From NCBI RefSeq assembly GCF_002571385.2, contig NW_019218190.1, forward strand, positions 62,001 through 126,000: 64,000 nt of DNA. Direction: 5' to 3'. Shown in pieces: positions 51,481 through 64,000 of the stretch. The notes beneath the pieces were generated by a model. The model did no database searches. It was given only the letters and a program-made list of their open reading frames with translations, and was not told where the DNA came from. This stretch comes from Stylophora pistillata (taxonomy: Eukaryota). Position 1 is the stretch's first letter. Every line of letters begins with the position of its first letter. Made by a program: the position numbers and the translations under genes.

Positions 51481-54400
51481 TCTAGCAAGCCACGCATATA
51501 TGGGAGTCATAACACCCACTACTGTTATTATTTGTTTCTTGTTGAAATATTAAAAGACAACATTATGTAAGTGTGTACATTGCAAGGCTGTTTGATGCGA
51601 CACCGATTGCAGCCTAGAACAGCCACAATGATTCCCGATTTCCATTGCAGTGAACCGTTCATATAACAACAAATCCCAGAAATCCAGCATTCTGCTCCAA
51701 GAGCAACACTGAAAAAGTGTCGATCTTTAAAGATAAAAACTTGCTCAAGAAATCAAAAGGTTGCATTCAAAACACACCTCAGGGCCAGATCTTGCTGTTT
51801 GGTTGGAAAATGCCTTCTCACTTTATCCGCTAGCCCTTGCTCTTCCTTTTGACGAAAGCTAGTGTCCCAAACACAACCTTTGCCTCATTAATGGCCGAAA
51901 AGAGTTCTGGGAAATTCCACCACAACTCGAGAGGGCAACACCTCACATTTCCATTCTAACAAATTATTAGAATCGTGTCGGGCCACCCAGTCCTACCAGC
52001 AAAATATGACATCGATCGAGACTTTTNCCACTCAAAACTGGCCCAAAAAGCCTTGGTAGGTCCTGGTAGCCATCCACAGATGGGCCAGAGACACGACTTC
52101 GCTTGTGAACTCGCCAAGCTTACATGAAAGCATTTTGGCGGTCCAGTCTACATGAAACCACCTCTCACCTCTGTTTTCTTTCAGAGGCTTGCCTCTACCC
52201 ACATTCCAGCTTAATGATGCTGTCCTGAGGGCTTCTGTAGAGGGAAAATGTCTCGAAAAACTCTTATAACCGCGAGAAAACGAATCGATTTGAACGCATC
52301 CAAACACGAGCGGGTGATTTAGGTCACCTGACCCCAAAGTCTGAACCCACGGTGTCTCCAAACCGCAGGTATTGTAAGGGATACTTCACATAACGACAAA
52401 CAAAGTGAGCTTAAGTTTTGTATGGCCAAATTTTACGATTTGTTGCCAGCTGGGAAAGGGCTGAGTGCTGAGATATTTTCATATTTTACTAATCTTTCTC
52501 AAGTGGTTAAAGGTTGACTTGGACATATTTATTATGTTTTCTTCCCTCAAAAGAAAGGTTTGACACCTGGCGATCCCACCTACGTATTTCCTCGTGTTTA
52601 TCAATGCTTATTTTATCCCTCCAACAGCTCAGTAAAAACGATTTCTTCTTCCGCTGACAACAACCTCTCCAGACATAGTAATTTGTTCGTTAAACACGCA
52701 AATAAGTGTGAAAAAAGGTTGTGTACACGTAAGTATGAATGAGGGATTTTATTGACGGGTATTACTAGGCGATCTACAGCTAATTTTGTATTACTTTGAG
52801 ACCAATATTACGCGATGACGATTTGACAATAAACCCGAATGCCAGGATCGCAACATTATCTAGAACCATCTCTGATAATGCAGCGACGATCTTTCTCCAA
52901 AATCGTTTTTTAGACGTCAAAACAACCTTTCGCCGTATATTTCCTTCTGGCATCCTGCAATTTTTGACCTCTCAGCCTACCGATCCCAGAGTTCTTTGCG
53001 CAAACACTAGGATCCGATTACCGGCAACCGCATTATTGCCAGTTCACAGCGCAAGTACGAGCCCGCTGATATACAACGTAGAGCAGTGGCGTGCAGAAAT
53101 TCGAAACCATTACCCACACCCTCTCCGTCTGATTGAAGAAGTCTACACTCCCAGACAAATTTATTCGAACACTTACTGCATTCCCAGCCGTCTCAATGTT
53201 GGTCCCCGAAATAGCATGTGAAAACTGGCAATTGAAAACGTAAGAATAAGCAGAGGGGTGAAAGAAAAGCGCAAATCGTGCTTCAGAGAGATGTTCGAAG
53301 AATGATGTCTGAAAGTGTGACTGCACACGTTAGTTCGAAGTTATCGCGACTTGCACTCGACGACGCCCTTTCAGTGTTTCTATTTTGTTCTGGTAAACTT
53401 CAAACGATGAACCCCAAGTTTAGTTAAGAAGCTGTGAAACGCTGCTTTATTCTCAAAAAAGGTAATTGATAATAACTTTAATAACACATGGGCCGATGGC
53501 TGTTATAAGGAACAATTTCACTGTGAAGGAGAGGAAAAAATAAGTAAAAGACCGAGGAAGGAGAAAAATAACGTTGTACGCACACGAGGTTCTTGTAGTC
53601 CCTTTTCGGGTTCGGCACATCCAGCATTTCCTCCCCAAAGCTGAAAATTTGCCATTGACTTCAAATAACATTTGATGTCGAAAATATGTTATCTATTATA
53701 ATTGCCTATCTGCGCTTCCCCATCATTCTCCGCAGTGTAGCAATAGAAGATGTAAGTCACTGGCTCTTTCGATATGTTTCCATGGCTAAGCGTTTTGATC
53801 GATTGAAACATTGAGTTATTTATCCATATAGTAAATGGGGTAGCAATGCAGCTAGAGTATCAGGAAATAAAGATGTTGAATATAGTTCTCAGTGGAACTG
53901 AGACAACAGTTATTTTTGAGCCACACGTGGTAATCATAGCTGGCATAAAGTTATGTTGTATTAGCATCCCCAAAATTGATTGTCAGTCGTTTCTTTTTCT
54001 TTTAGACAAAATTAAGCCTCGCCACACAATGAAATTGCAAATAGGAAACCATATAAAAACAAATATGATTAATATTCGAAGAGTGTTATTTTCGACAAAA
54101 AAAAAGTCAAGAAAAAAAAGAGGGTAAATCGAATCAGCAGTCTTATGAGATTCTGTAGCAACTGAAATGTGCAATGAAATGTGATAGGCTGTAAGGTAGG
54201 CGTTCTTTTGATGTCATAACACGTGTCGCTAACAGAGATAACTGCATGTCCAAATGCATGTGTATGCTTTACAAAAATACATATCCCATTATTACCTAAA
54301 CGAGTACTAAAAAAACATCAGCTATCAATCATAAAAACATATTGAACAAATGGGCTTTAAGAGCCTCCTAAAGCGTCACTTATCTTTACGTATCTCTCTC

Positions 54401-57400
54401 GTTTGGGTGACTATTCAGTTTTCTTTTTTTTTTAGCATGGAATTGCCAGCGTTCAACAAAAGGTTTGATAATTCACGTGTTTTTAGGGGCGGATATCTTT
54501 TCATCTGAGGAACCGCCCCTTTGGTATCGTTTCTATGATGAAATAAAACGTGGTGGATTTCCTCCGCGGCTCGAGCTACGTGATTACAGTAAAGTCATCA
54601 AAACACTCTTTATGTTTATCGAACATACCAACTTCCAATTTTGTCAACTCTATGGAAACAATTTTTCTGTAGCAAATCAGCCTAAATGGAAATCGTTTGT
54701 AAAAACACATCAGGCGAAATTTTTTTTATCCGTACGGGCTGATCAGTGCTCGCTTAAAGCGCCCCGTAAATACATGAATATTTTTATTAAAACTGAATAA
54801 ACCACCCGCTGCACACATGAGCGAAAGGTTCTCCCAACTCATGTGCCACATTTCATTGTAAATAAAGAGACCTTTCAAATTCTAAAAGAGAACTTGCAAT
54901 TGAATTATAAATTACATCAGTCTGTGAATTTTGTTTACACAATTTCTGAATGTAAGCAATATAACACTGAGTTGATTTAAAGAACACCTAGCGAGATCTA
55001 CAGTTCCTATGAATGATTTAATCCGATGATAACAACTGTGTCGGCTACCTTGAAACAAAGAACACCATTCTGGTTTTTTTCTATACGTGACCAAGAATAA
55101 GAGATAAATTTTCAAAAAGGAAACACTACTGGTGGTGTATAGGAAATTGCACAAACGATTTGTTCGAACTGAGTTTTATGAAGAACTGACACTATAGCTA
55201 CCCTTTTCGCATAAATTTTCCAATGAAGAGGAACTTAAAAATCTTTAATTTCTTTCCCTTTGCTAGCCAAATTTCATTCTTATCGATGAAGCTAAACCCA
55301 AACAAAATGTTTTTGAAAGAAAGCATCTGAGATTATAGTCTCAGAGCAATTAGATGAAATGTTTGTCAGAAGTTAACTATACATGCCTATCGTAAGAAGG
55401 GAAGTTGTCTTAGATCTAAGTTATGTTCAAACAAGCAACTATCCTTACACAAGAGATTGACTACATGGGATAACGTTTTAAAACGTTTTGGCAATTTTGT
55501 TCTAATTAACAGTCCCTTAATCTCGGGAGGGGCTGTTTAAGGTACTGTCGATAGGAAACAAGCTGTTTTTTTCACGTCTGTTGATGATTTTTCAGTGTTT
55601 AGAGAAAACAAGTCTGTTCCCAACTGTATTTTCTAACTACAAAACAAAGCACTCAAACGCCGAACAAAAGAAAAAAATATCGCTAAAAAAAGCTTTCTCT
55701 TTGTAAAAGAATCTATAAATAATTTTTATTTTCAATTATTTGTACGACGTGTTCTTGAACTTGTTATCGAACTGAGAAAAACCTTCCAATCTTTTTTTAT
55801 CTCTAGAAGAATCAAAATTCAAAAGAGAATAAAAACACCAAATTTTAAACACAGTTTCTCTGCGACGGGTATATTCAGTTATTTGGAACAATATGTTAAC
55901 ACTACACAGCCTACTGATAGGGCATTTAACACCTAATTACTCAGAAAACCACCTTTGCGTTTATAGGAGGACAAGTTGTATTTCCCAGTTTTGGTTAAGC
56001 CGAAACTGTTTCTTCTGCCAAAGCGGTTAATCACTGTCGCGTTAATTTTTTAACTGGTGAAAATTGACTGAGAAACAAGATCACTCGGAAAAAATTGATC
56101 ACAACAGTTGAAGGAGATTCCATTCAAAGACCTTAGAAAAGCGTTCAATGAGTTAATGTTCTTGACGTATTCTCATTTAAATTAAGAGACATCGCACAAG
56201 AAACACACGTGGAGAAGTTGGTTTTGTTTAAACAAGAGTTGAACAACTGAAGAAAAACCCATTCAGCGGTAAAAACATCCTGTAATTGAAATGATATCTT
56301 TCAATGCCTACTTACAAAACAAAACAAAACGAAAAATATATATCACCATGATATTTGTTTTGTAAGTTTATAAAAGTGGGTAAAATCATAAAATGACCTA
56401 CAATTTATCAGAGGCTATGGTATACAGACATCACCAGACGCAAACAATAAAAGCTGATTGTGAATCACTTCTTACTGTATCTGGAACACGTAACGTTGTG
56501 TTGTTTGCTTTGAGGGGGTGACTTTCCTTGTGTTCATTAGATAGCTATCTGTATCCCGTTTGGTCAAATTGTCTCACTGGAAACTTCACCGCAAGTGAAA
56601 GTTTATGAGAAGTGGTTCAAGCTTGAATGAAAAAATTACAGGACATTATTATCCTTTTCTAGACCACAATGATTCCCCGCTATGCGTTTCTTTATCTTTA
56701 ACAAAATTTACTTGCTCATATTGTTTTCAAGCAAATTCCGCCCTTTCAAAAAAAATAGTATTTGCCGATTAGAACGATTCTGTTGTGTAACACAGATAAC
56801 ATCAAAATTTTGAGATAAAGAGCTACTAAATTACAGCAAACGACGGTTTTTGTGCATGAAACCGAACTGTAGCACGAACTGTAGTAAATGGGACGAGAGT
56901 GAAGCTAACGTAGTAGGATTTACAGCGATTTGTTTTGCGGCATGTATTTTCACTTTGCAATAAAAACTGAAAACAATTTGAAGAAGACTCTGTTTTCCAA
57001 TGAGCTTTCGCTCGAAAATGGTAATAAAAAACCACGCTGTCCTTTTTGGAACTAAAGCACGAGTCACTATTGATGAGGAATTTGAGCGGCACACAGTGAT
57101 GCATCGCAATTCCACCGGTTTGCAGTTGATAAGAACCATTAAACACAGGTCACACCAGAGAAACACCTTTGAACATCACTCAGGCTTCCAAATTTCGCCT
57201 GTTTATATGACAATATTCAGGAAAGTTAGAGTTTCTTCGGCGACCCTTCAGTTTGTGAAAGAAGGCACAATAAGCCACAAGCAGTCTCTCTGAACAAAAG
57301 GGAAGATGCATTTCCCACACACACAGAACTCAGAGAGTTATTTATCTAAACACTGTACTCTTTGAAAGTGTGTCTGATTACAGAGAGTGATTCACGAGCA

Positions 57401-57916
57401 TTTTTTTGGTTACTTAGCGATGCTAAAACACAAAGACCGGTATACTTGCTCAAAGAAAAGCTCACCACCGCTTCTAAATTAGTGCTGAAAGAACTTATCC
57501 TTTTCAGAATTCAGCCCCGTGAGCATACTTTTAAATACGTGGTTTGACCACCGCAGAAGTAAGAGAACTGATCAAGAAAACTTGTAAAGCAAGCATGAAC
57601 CAAGAGAATGTAGTAACTAAGTGATCTTTTTCGAAATGGATTGTAATCAGAGAAACCCTCTTCCATTGGTTTGTTACAAGCAGAAATGCTAAGTGGTAAC
57701 AAAAGATCGATTTCACTTCCCGCGAATGTGCCTTTGCAATTAAACACTGCTGTTGTCCAATTTGTGAGGGAAGGAAACTGAAATTCTGGTTGTATTATTA
57801 TGTTTTCGATATGGTTTTTAAAGTGGTCTACTTTTTCAAAACTCGAACACAATTCCACCTGCCACATCACAGAGCAAGGTGTATGTGAGCAGACAGTAAA
57901 GGATATGCAGTTTTTT

Positions 57917-57973
57917 TACACACAGACACACAGACACACAGACACACACACACGCTCGCACGCACACACACAC
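57917..57973. repeat. (CA)-type microsatellite upstream of Gfi1-like gene
   Basis: ACACACAGACACACAGACACACAGACACACACAC..GCACACACACAC. Confidence 0.8.
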
Positions 57974-58710
57974 AAGCAAAAACAAGTTATTCCACAATTC
58001 GCCACGAAATTTCTCATTTTGAAAATGCAAGGGAAGAAGTGATTTTTCGAGTTACTGTTATGGAAAGAGAAAACTGCAGAAACAAACTCCAATTTGAGAA
58101 GGATTTATCCAATCTTAATCCAATAATAGCTAGCAGGAAAAAAGATTCGAAAATCTCGACAGATCACCGCTTTCTCAATACTTTTAATTTCCGACTGAGC
58201 AGTTTAACACAAAAGAAGCTTTTAAACATCAAAATAACATTAATGTTTAGTCTTTTGCTAGAAAATTTAACGCTTATGGAATCAAGGTGAAAAAGGTCCT
58301 ACGAAATTGTGTTTAAATAGCTATTGTCCGCTTTCTCCATCTGTTTACCACTGGTTTGTTTCAGGATAGTTATGATAATCGCTTAAACAAAACAAATGTC
58401 TCATTTCAAAATTTGCAAGAAAAAGGGAGATTGTATGCATATTCTCTGCGACGAAAAAATAAGTTTTTCCCATCACAGAGACAAATACGTCGCAAGAAAG
58501 TTGGAGAAATAGTTCGACCTGCCACTAAATGGGTTCGTCAAAAATTAGTCCGGAACACTTCGAGGCACCCAGAGCAACCTGTCACAAAAAGGTATCCAAA
58601 TGAAAAGAAACTAATTAAACTCCAATTTACATATTTGCAGAGGACTTTTAAAAGCGGCCCTTGTAATTGTCTGTCATTTCCAAGACGGTTTTCAGAATCA
58701 GAGGGGCAGC

Positions 58711-61126
58711 ATGCCGCGATCATTTCTGGTGAGGGCAAGACAAACTAACTCTCCTTCCTTGGAGAAACGTCAAGATTCAACTCAGCCAAAACTTTCAGGT
58801 GAGTGAGTCGTGTTTTCACGCAGCTAGCGTAAAATTGGCCTTTTTTGTCCAGTTTAGCCTTTTTTTAGTCCTGAAATGATCAAGAAGTGAAAAAATGACT
58901 TTAACATGTTGATTGTTCGCAAGAGGCTGCGATATTTAAATACCAGCCTCGAGATACTAAATCGAGCGGGATAAATCGAGTTGCACAAGCTTACACCACA
59001 AGGAGAGAGGATTTGCAAATCACGTAGGAAGAACTCTCAACCCTTAGGATTACTCTTCCTAGCGAGAAAAACGATCGTCGCAGAAAGTGACCTCTCGTTG
59101 GAAGAGTTCTGACTGCCAACTGTTTTTAAATAGCACTATACAAATCATTGGAGTATTTGAGCTCTTTTAGCAGCGATATTTGCTCGTTTGCGCCTTCAGC
59201 AAGGGTCGATGTCTCTTAGTCACGAAAAGTTGTTTAAGATATCTTTAATCCGCGAATCTTCTTATTATTTAACGAGTTTCGAAAAGAGACTACTGCAATC
59301 AAATGAAAACTGCAACATGTTGTTTTTTGGAAGAGATAATCTTTGCTTATTATTTGGAGATCGGTAAAAATGAGATCATTTATGTGCGAAATACAGCCAT
59401 TATTTTCTTAACCCGCTAATCTGTTCGCCCATCCATTAAATTCGCCTATCCAGTGAAAAAAACTTTCAAAACCTACGAAAATGAATTCGCCTTAAAGAAG
59501 GGATACTTTGTGTTATTTCAACAAAAGCTAAGTGAGAACTCTGCGCTTTTTTAGTCACCCAGCAAAGCTTTTGTAAGTTTTGAACAGATTGTGCAGAGGG
59601 AATCTTTTCCACGAATCTTTTACATGTTGTCTATAAATGACTAATTTCAACCGATTTTAACGACCTTGACTGCCATGCCCGCGGGGTTAAAACCGATCAA
59701 GGTGAAATATTGTGCAACAAGGACTGAAATAACGATAATGATGATGTAAACCTGTTCGGATCCTTGCGTTTAGAACATTATTGTGAGAAACACGGAAAAG
59801 AGCAAATAGTACAAGATTTAGCGATCTGTGGAGAGATTTCCTAATAAAGCCAACCTTGGCTAATTCGAGGCTCAATCCGTGAACGAACCTCTTTATCATT
59901 CGCGCATATTCTCTTTTTTCTCTTTTGGAGATATGAATTTATTCCGATGCTTGAAAGTCAAAACCAAATTTCTCCTCGGTATTGCTTTGATCTAGAAAAT
60001 GGAATTGAATTTGGTCAAACTCCGCTTGAGCGTACGTGAGAACATTTGATACCATATAAAGGTGTCTTTCAAATGCGCTATATCTGCGGTTACTTGGTAG
60101 CCCATTACGCCAACAGCTATGCGCAATGGGTTTGGTGTTGCTTTCATGAGAATTGATATCACTTTACAATTTTTTTTTTTAAAGGAAAAATACCCATTCT
60201 CTCTGAAAACTCACAGTTTTTATGATAATAATCATACCAAGTCGCTTTCTCTTGCAGAAGTTAAAACAGAGAAGGGACCTCCCGTTGTTGACAAAGCATT
60301 CGAAACAGGCTTCAATGTCACCTCTTCTGCTGAAAATTTATCTTTAAACCTCGCTCAAGAAACAAGCCATCGTCCATGCATCCCTTTACCAACGCTTCCC
60401 CAACGGCATGGTGTAGACTACTTTGATTCAAAGTTCCCGTTTGCTCTTCCCAGAGCGCTTCCTTTTCCTCTGGCACCATCGTCGCCTTTGGTGTTAAGGC
60501 CTGTGCCGCGTTACGGTGGACTACCGTTCCCTTACAGCTGCCCAAGTCTCGCCGTAAACCCAGACCCATTTCCTTATCGTCATTTCCCTCGACAGTCGCC
60601 ATTTCTCCAGAGAGGCTTCACTGGTCAAGAGTCCTTCTTTGCTCCGACAAGAGTAACAGAGTACCGCGATCCCATTCCGGGTTTAGGCGATGCTTTTGGG
60701 CGTCGGGAAAGAGCGGATAGCGAGGATATCACCTCAGAAGAGCCAACCTCCTTAAAAACCAAGGTCTATAAATGCCAAGAATGTGGGAAAGAGTTTAAGA
60801 GGCCTTCAAGCCTCTCGACACACAAACTTATTCATTCTGATCACAAGCCTTATTCATGCAGTTACTGCGGAAAAAATTTCCTCCGCAAATCCGACATGAA
60901 AAAGCATACGTTGATGCACACTGGGGTGAAGCCATTTCAGTGTAAGCAATGTGGAAAGGTTTTCAGTCAATCTTCTAACATGCTTACACACATGAGGCGG
61001 CATACTGGTATTAAACCCTTCCCCTGCAAAATTTGCGGTAGAAGGTTCTACAGAAAAGTTGATGTTCGTCGGCATACTATGAGGCATGAGTACAGATCAA
61101 GTTTGGAAGACGAAAACACCAAGTGA
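58711..61126 (+). CDS. GFI1: Gfi1/Senseless-family repressor: SNAG domain plus four C2H2 zinc fingers
   Basis: Exon 1 58711-58798 ([10 protein letters not shown].., SNAG motif; donor CAG|GTGAGT) joins in phase to exon 2 60258-61126. Fingers [39 protein letters not shown] and RKVDVRRH correspond to GFI1 fingers 3-6. ORF-track residues before 60258 are intronic. Confidence 0.9.
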
Positions 61127-64000
61127 ACTCCTATAAGCAGCTAAAGAACACTTCTAGAAATTACATTGAGTTTTTGAGAACCTAGGGATTGTCTGCATAT
61201 CAACTATATATTTATTTAATAGCCTCAAACATATTACAAACGAAAAGTTATGAAATCAAGCTTGCTTTTAAATATATACCTCTGATAGGAATTAAGGACC
61301 ATCCTCTTATTTCATTGTAAAAGAGAAAAGTTGTTCCCGTTATAGAAAATTGAACACTTATTCAGAACAATTTGTTAAAGAAGCGTCAATGGTTTTAGCA
61401 TGAGACAAAGAACAATTAAAGATAATCAAACTTATTTGGGTATGCTATATTCAACTTCTTCCAGACGGGTGTTTTTGTTTGCCACGCAGCACCTAGCGTC
61501 GCCGTCATTGATCTCTAATAAACGAAATATTTCAATCACCTTTTACTTTCTTTATCTTTCAAAAAAGATAAAAGGGAACCTTGGGGAGAACTTCCGAACT
61601 TTAACTGCGCTTACGAAGTCTTAATCGTACATAATAGTGAGGTCAAAGCAAAATAATATACCATAAATATTTATTATGACTTGGTTTTTGTTCAAAGCGG
61701 TGCTAAAACTTAATTTGAATTCAAACTGTGCTTTTGAGCATGAGTAGCAGGTAACACGTTGACTTAATGTAAATTACGCTAGAAATGAGAATTAAGATCA
61801 GTTATTAATGTTTTCTGAACAAAACCGCCGACGATAACATGTCATAATGGCTTGAAAAGATATCATCTTATGTTTGACGCGGGCACTAAGAGGGAAGACT
61901 TTTTAGGGAAATGTAGCGTTCAATAACATTCTGCAAAAGGGTTGTTTGTCCTTAGAGAGAGGATCAGCACTATTCTGTAAACAAACGTAATGATAAGTGA
62001 TAATACCGTTCAAATAACAGGTGGATTGGAACGTCAGGTAAATTGAGGTTGTTTCTATTGCTCGAGATAAAGCAAAATTCGAACTTAATTGTTAGCAAAG
62101 CAACGAAAATAACTTGATTCCATTATTATGGTTTACAGTATACCGTAAACTGGGATACATGTGGAAATGTTTAGCTGTATAACTTGAATAATTTGATTAA
62201 ACAAAGAGAGACCATACTCTTTTCAATCTGTTCCTTGAAAATGGGGATATCTATTGATTGATTGTATTCATCCTGAGTGGCCAAAAAATGCCAATTACGA
62301 ATCAATCCCTTTTAAATTTGTCGCAAGAGTAGAAGTGAATCAGTGCTTAATATCAATATGCGAGACAAATTTTGGATCATGGTCTCCGGCCGGTCCTGTA
62401 CATAAAAAGCCCTCAACATGCAGAAATATTTGTTTCCTAGACTGGGAAAAAAGTAAGGCAAACGTGAGCGGTTCCTAAGATACCAAAGGCACTTGAAAAC
62501 ACTTCACCAGACTCGCACTAATGAGAAAATGCCTGCTTTATCTCTTTGAATATTTATCCCTTGCTTTAAATTTTCTAAATTGGAGTTGAATTTTCATAAC
62601 TTTTGTAAATAGAGTTTTCTCAGGCCAGTAGAAAAATACAGTGATACAGATTCTCATTTGTTATATTTTCCATGAATGACAATCATCACACCGAGACATC
62701 ACAGAGTTGGTTTTCTTACCACCAAGAACGAAATTATTAAAAAAGTAAACAAATTAACGCTGTACACCAACGTTTATTCAATGTATTTAAGTGACATTAT
62801 ATTGAGAATTTTTTGTTCTTTGGTTATTTTTTTGTTTTGCTTTGTTTGACTTTTCTTTTTTTCTCTAGCATGTGTCGAACATTGAGACATAAAATTGGCG
62901 TTATTCTTGTTCTACAGGAAGGATGTTTTTCACTCTGTAAAAACCAGGGTCAGCATTAGGTTTAGATTTAAAATCTTGAAAATTAAACACCCAATTTTAC
63001 AAAGATATTAAACAAAACAACCAATAAAATTTTAAACTTTGATATACAATCGGGAGAGAAATACCGAGTTAAATATACAAAATTCGACCGATATCCTCAC
63101 CCAAAACTGCACTCAATCGAGATTAAAGTCCACAGAAAATCGTCTGGTACCCGCTGCCGATGATATTCTGCAACAGAACAACTCATTGAAAACATTCGTT
63201 TCCTAGTAACAAGAACACGTCCCACGGGAATGTAATTTACATGGACCACCACCTGCTATTATTTCGCGAAGAGGACATCCTAGTTTCGTGATCACAAATG
63301 TCGGAATCTTACCCTCAAACAATAGTGAGAAAGACAGCCGTTTTGATAACAAATCCCTTTTGCTATTATTTCATAGTTTTTCAATGAAAAGAAACGTGCT
63401 GAATTCTTCAAACTTTCCGACGTTGTGAATTGAGTATGAGATAAGGTCGCGGCTCAGTGAAATCAATTGCACAGCCATCAGCATAAATAAGTTTCAAAAA
63501 CCGTAACTAGCTGGTACAACGTCGCGTTATGAACGTTGAACAGAAATCTTTTAAAAGAAAACAATATAATATGACTTTTACGAACTCGCAAAAGGGACTG
63601 AAAACTCTCTCTATGAGTACAAATTGTATTTATTTAGCCTTGCTTACTTCTGCTATTGCAAATTGAGCAATAACACTATTTTACATATTGATTTTGAATA
63701 CAAGGGAGTTTTGTCTCACCAACTGTGTTTTAAATGTCAGTTAATAAGACAGAAGTGACGGTTCTCTTTAAATAGGATTCCAGTCTGCTTAAAACAAGCA
63801 AATAAATTTCCGCATGCGGGAACGTCCACCTTTGAAACAATGTTTCTTTTTCAGCGTCAATTCTTTGAAAGCCTCATAAATATGTGAGAGACCTCATGCG
63901 AACAAGACTTCTCGATAGTTCTGCCTTGAAACATGCGGATTCAAAACAGGTCCTGAACAAAATTTTTCCTTTTAAATTCGCTGTCGAATGATAAAAGAGG

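Noticed and set aside
60119-60257. ORF-track N-terminus of the zinc-finger protein (MRNGFGVAF..)
   Set aside because: Intronic: the acceptor at 60257 joins the SNAG-encoding exon 58711-58798 in phase.

Overview
Intron-rich, AT-rich animal genomic DNA with GT-AG spliced genes and two N gaps. Gene content and repeat style suggest a cnidarian, probably a stony coral (inference). Seven protein-coding genes can be assembled by hand: an intronless GPR19-like class A GPCR (-), a Crumbs orthologue (+; LamG/EGF ectodomain, TM, GTYNPS..E FERM motif, ERLI PDZ motif), a spinster-like MFS transporter (+), an anion-selective Cys-loop channel (+), SNAPIN (-; absent from the ORF track), ACADM (+; head-to-head with SNAPIN) and a Gfi1/Senseless-type SNAG + 4 C2H2 zinc-finger gene (+). 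A decayed tandem copy of the MFS gene, LINE fragments, SINEs, MITEs and simple repeats fill the rest. I found no clearly new biological system. The best leads are: an in-frame TAA in the last Crumbs exon, upstream of the TM, with a frame-compatible bypass acceptor; a furin-type RRRR/S insert and paired extra cysteines in the Crumbs ectodomain; a Gfi1 with an altered recognition helix; possible deep linkage conservation of crumbs/SNAPIN/ACADM/Gfi1; and a ~115-bp hairpin repeat next to both assembly gaps.
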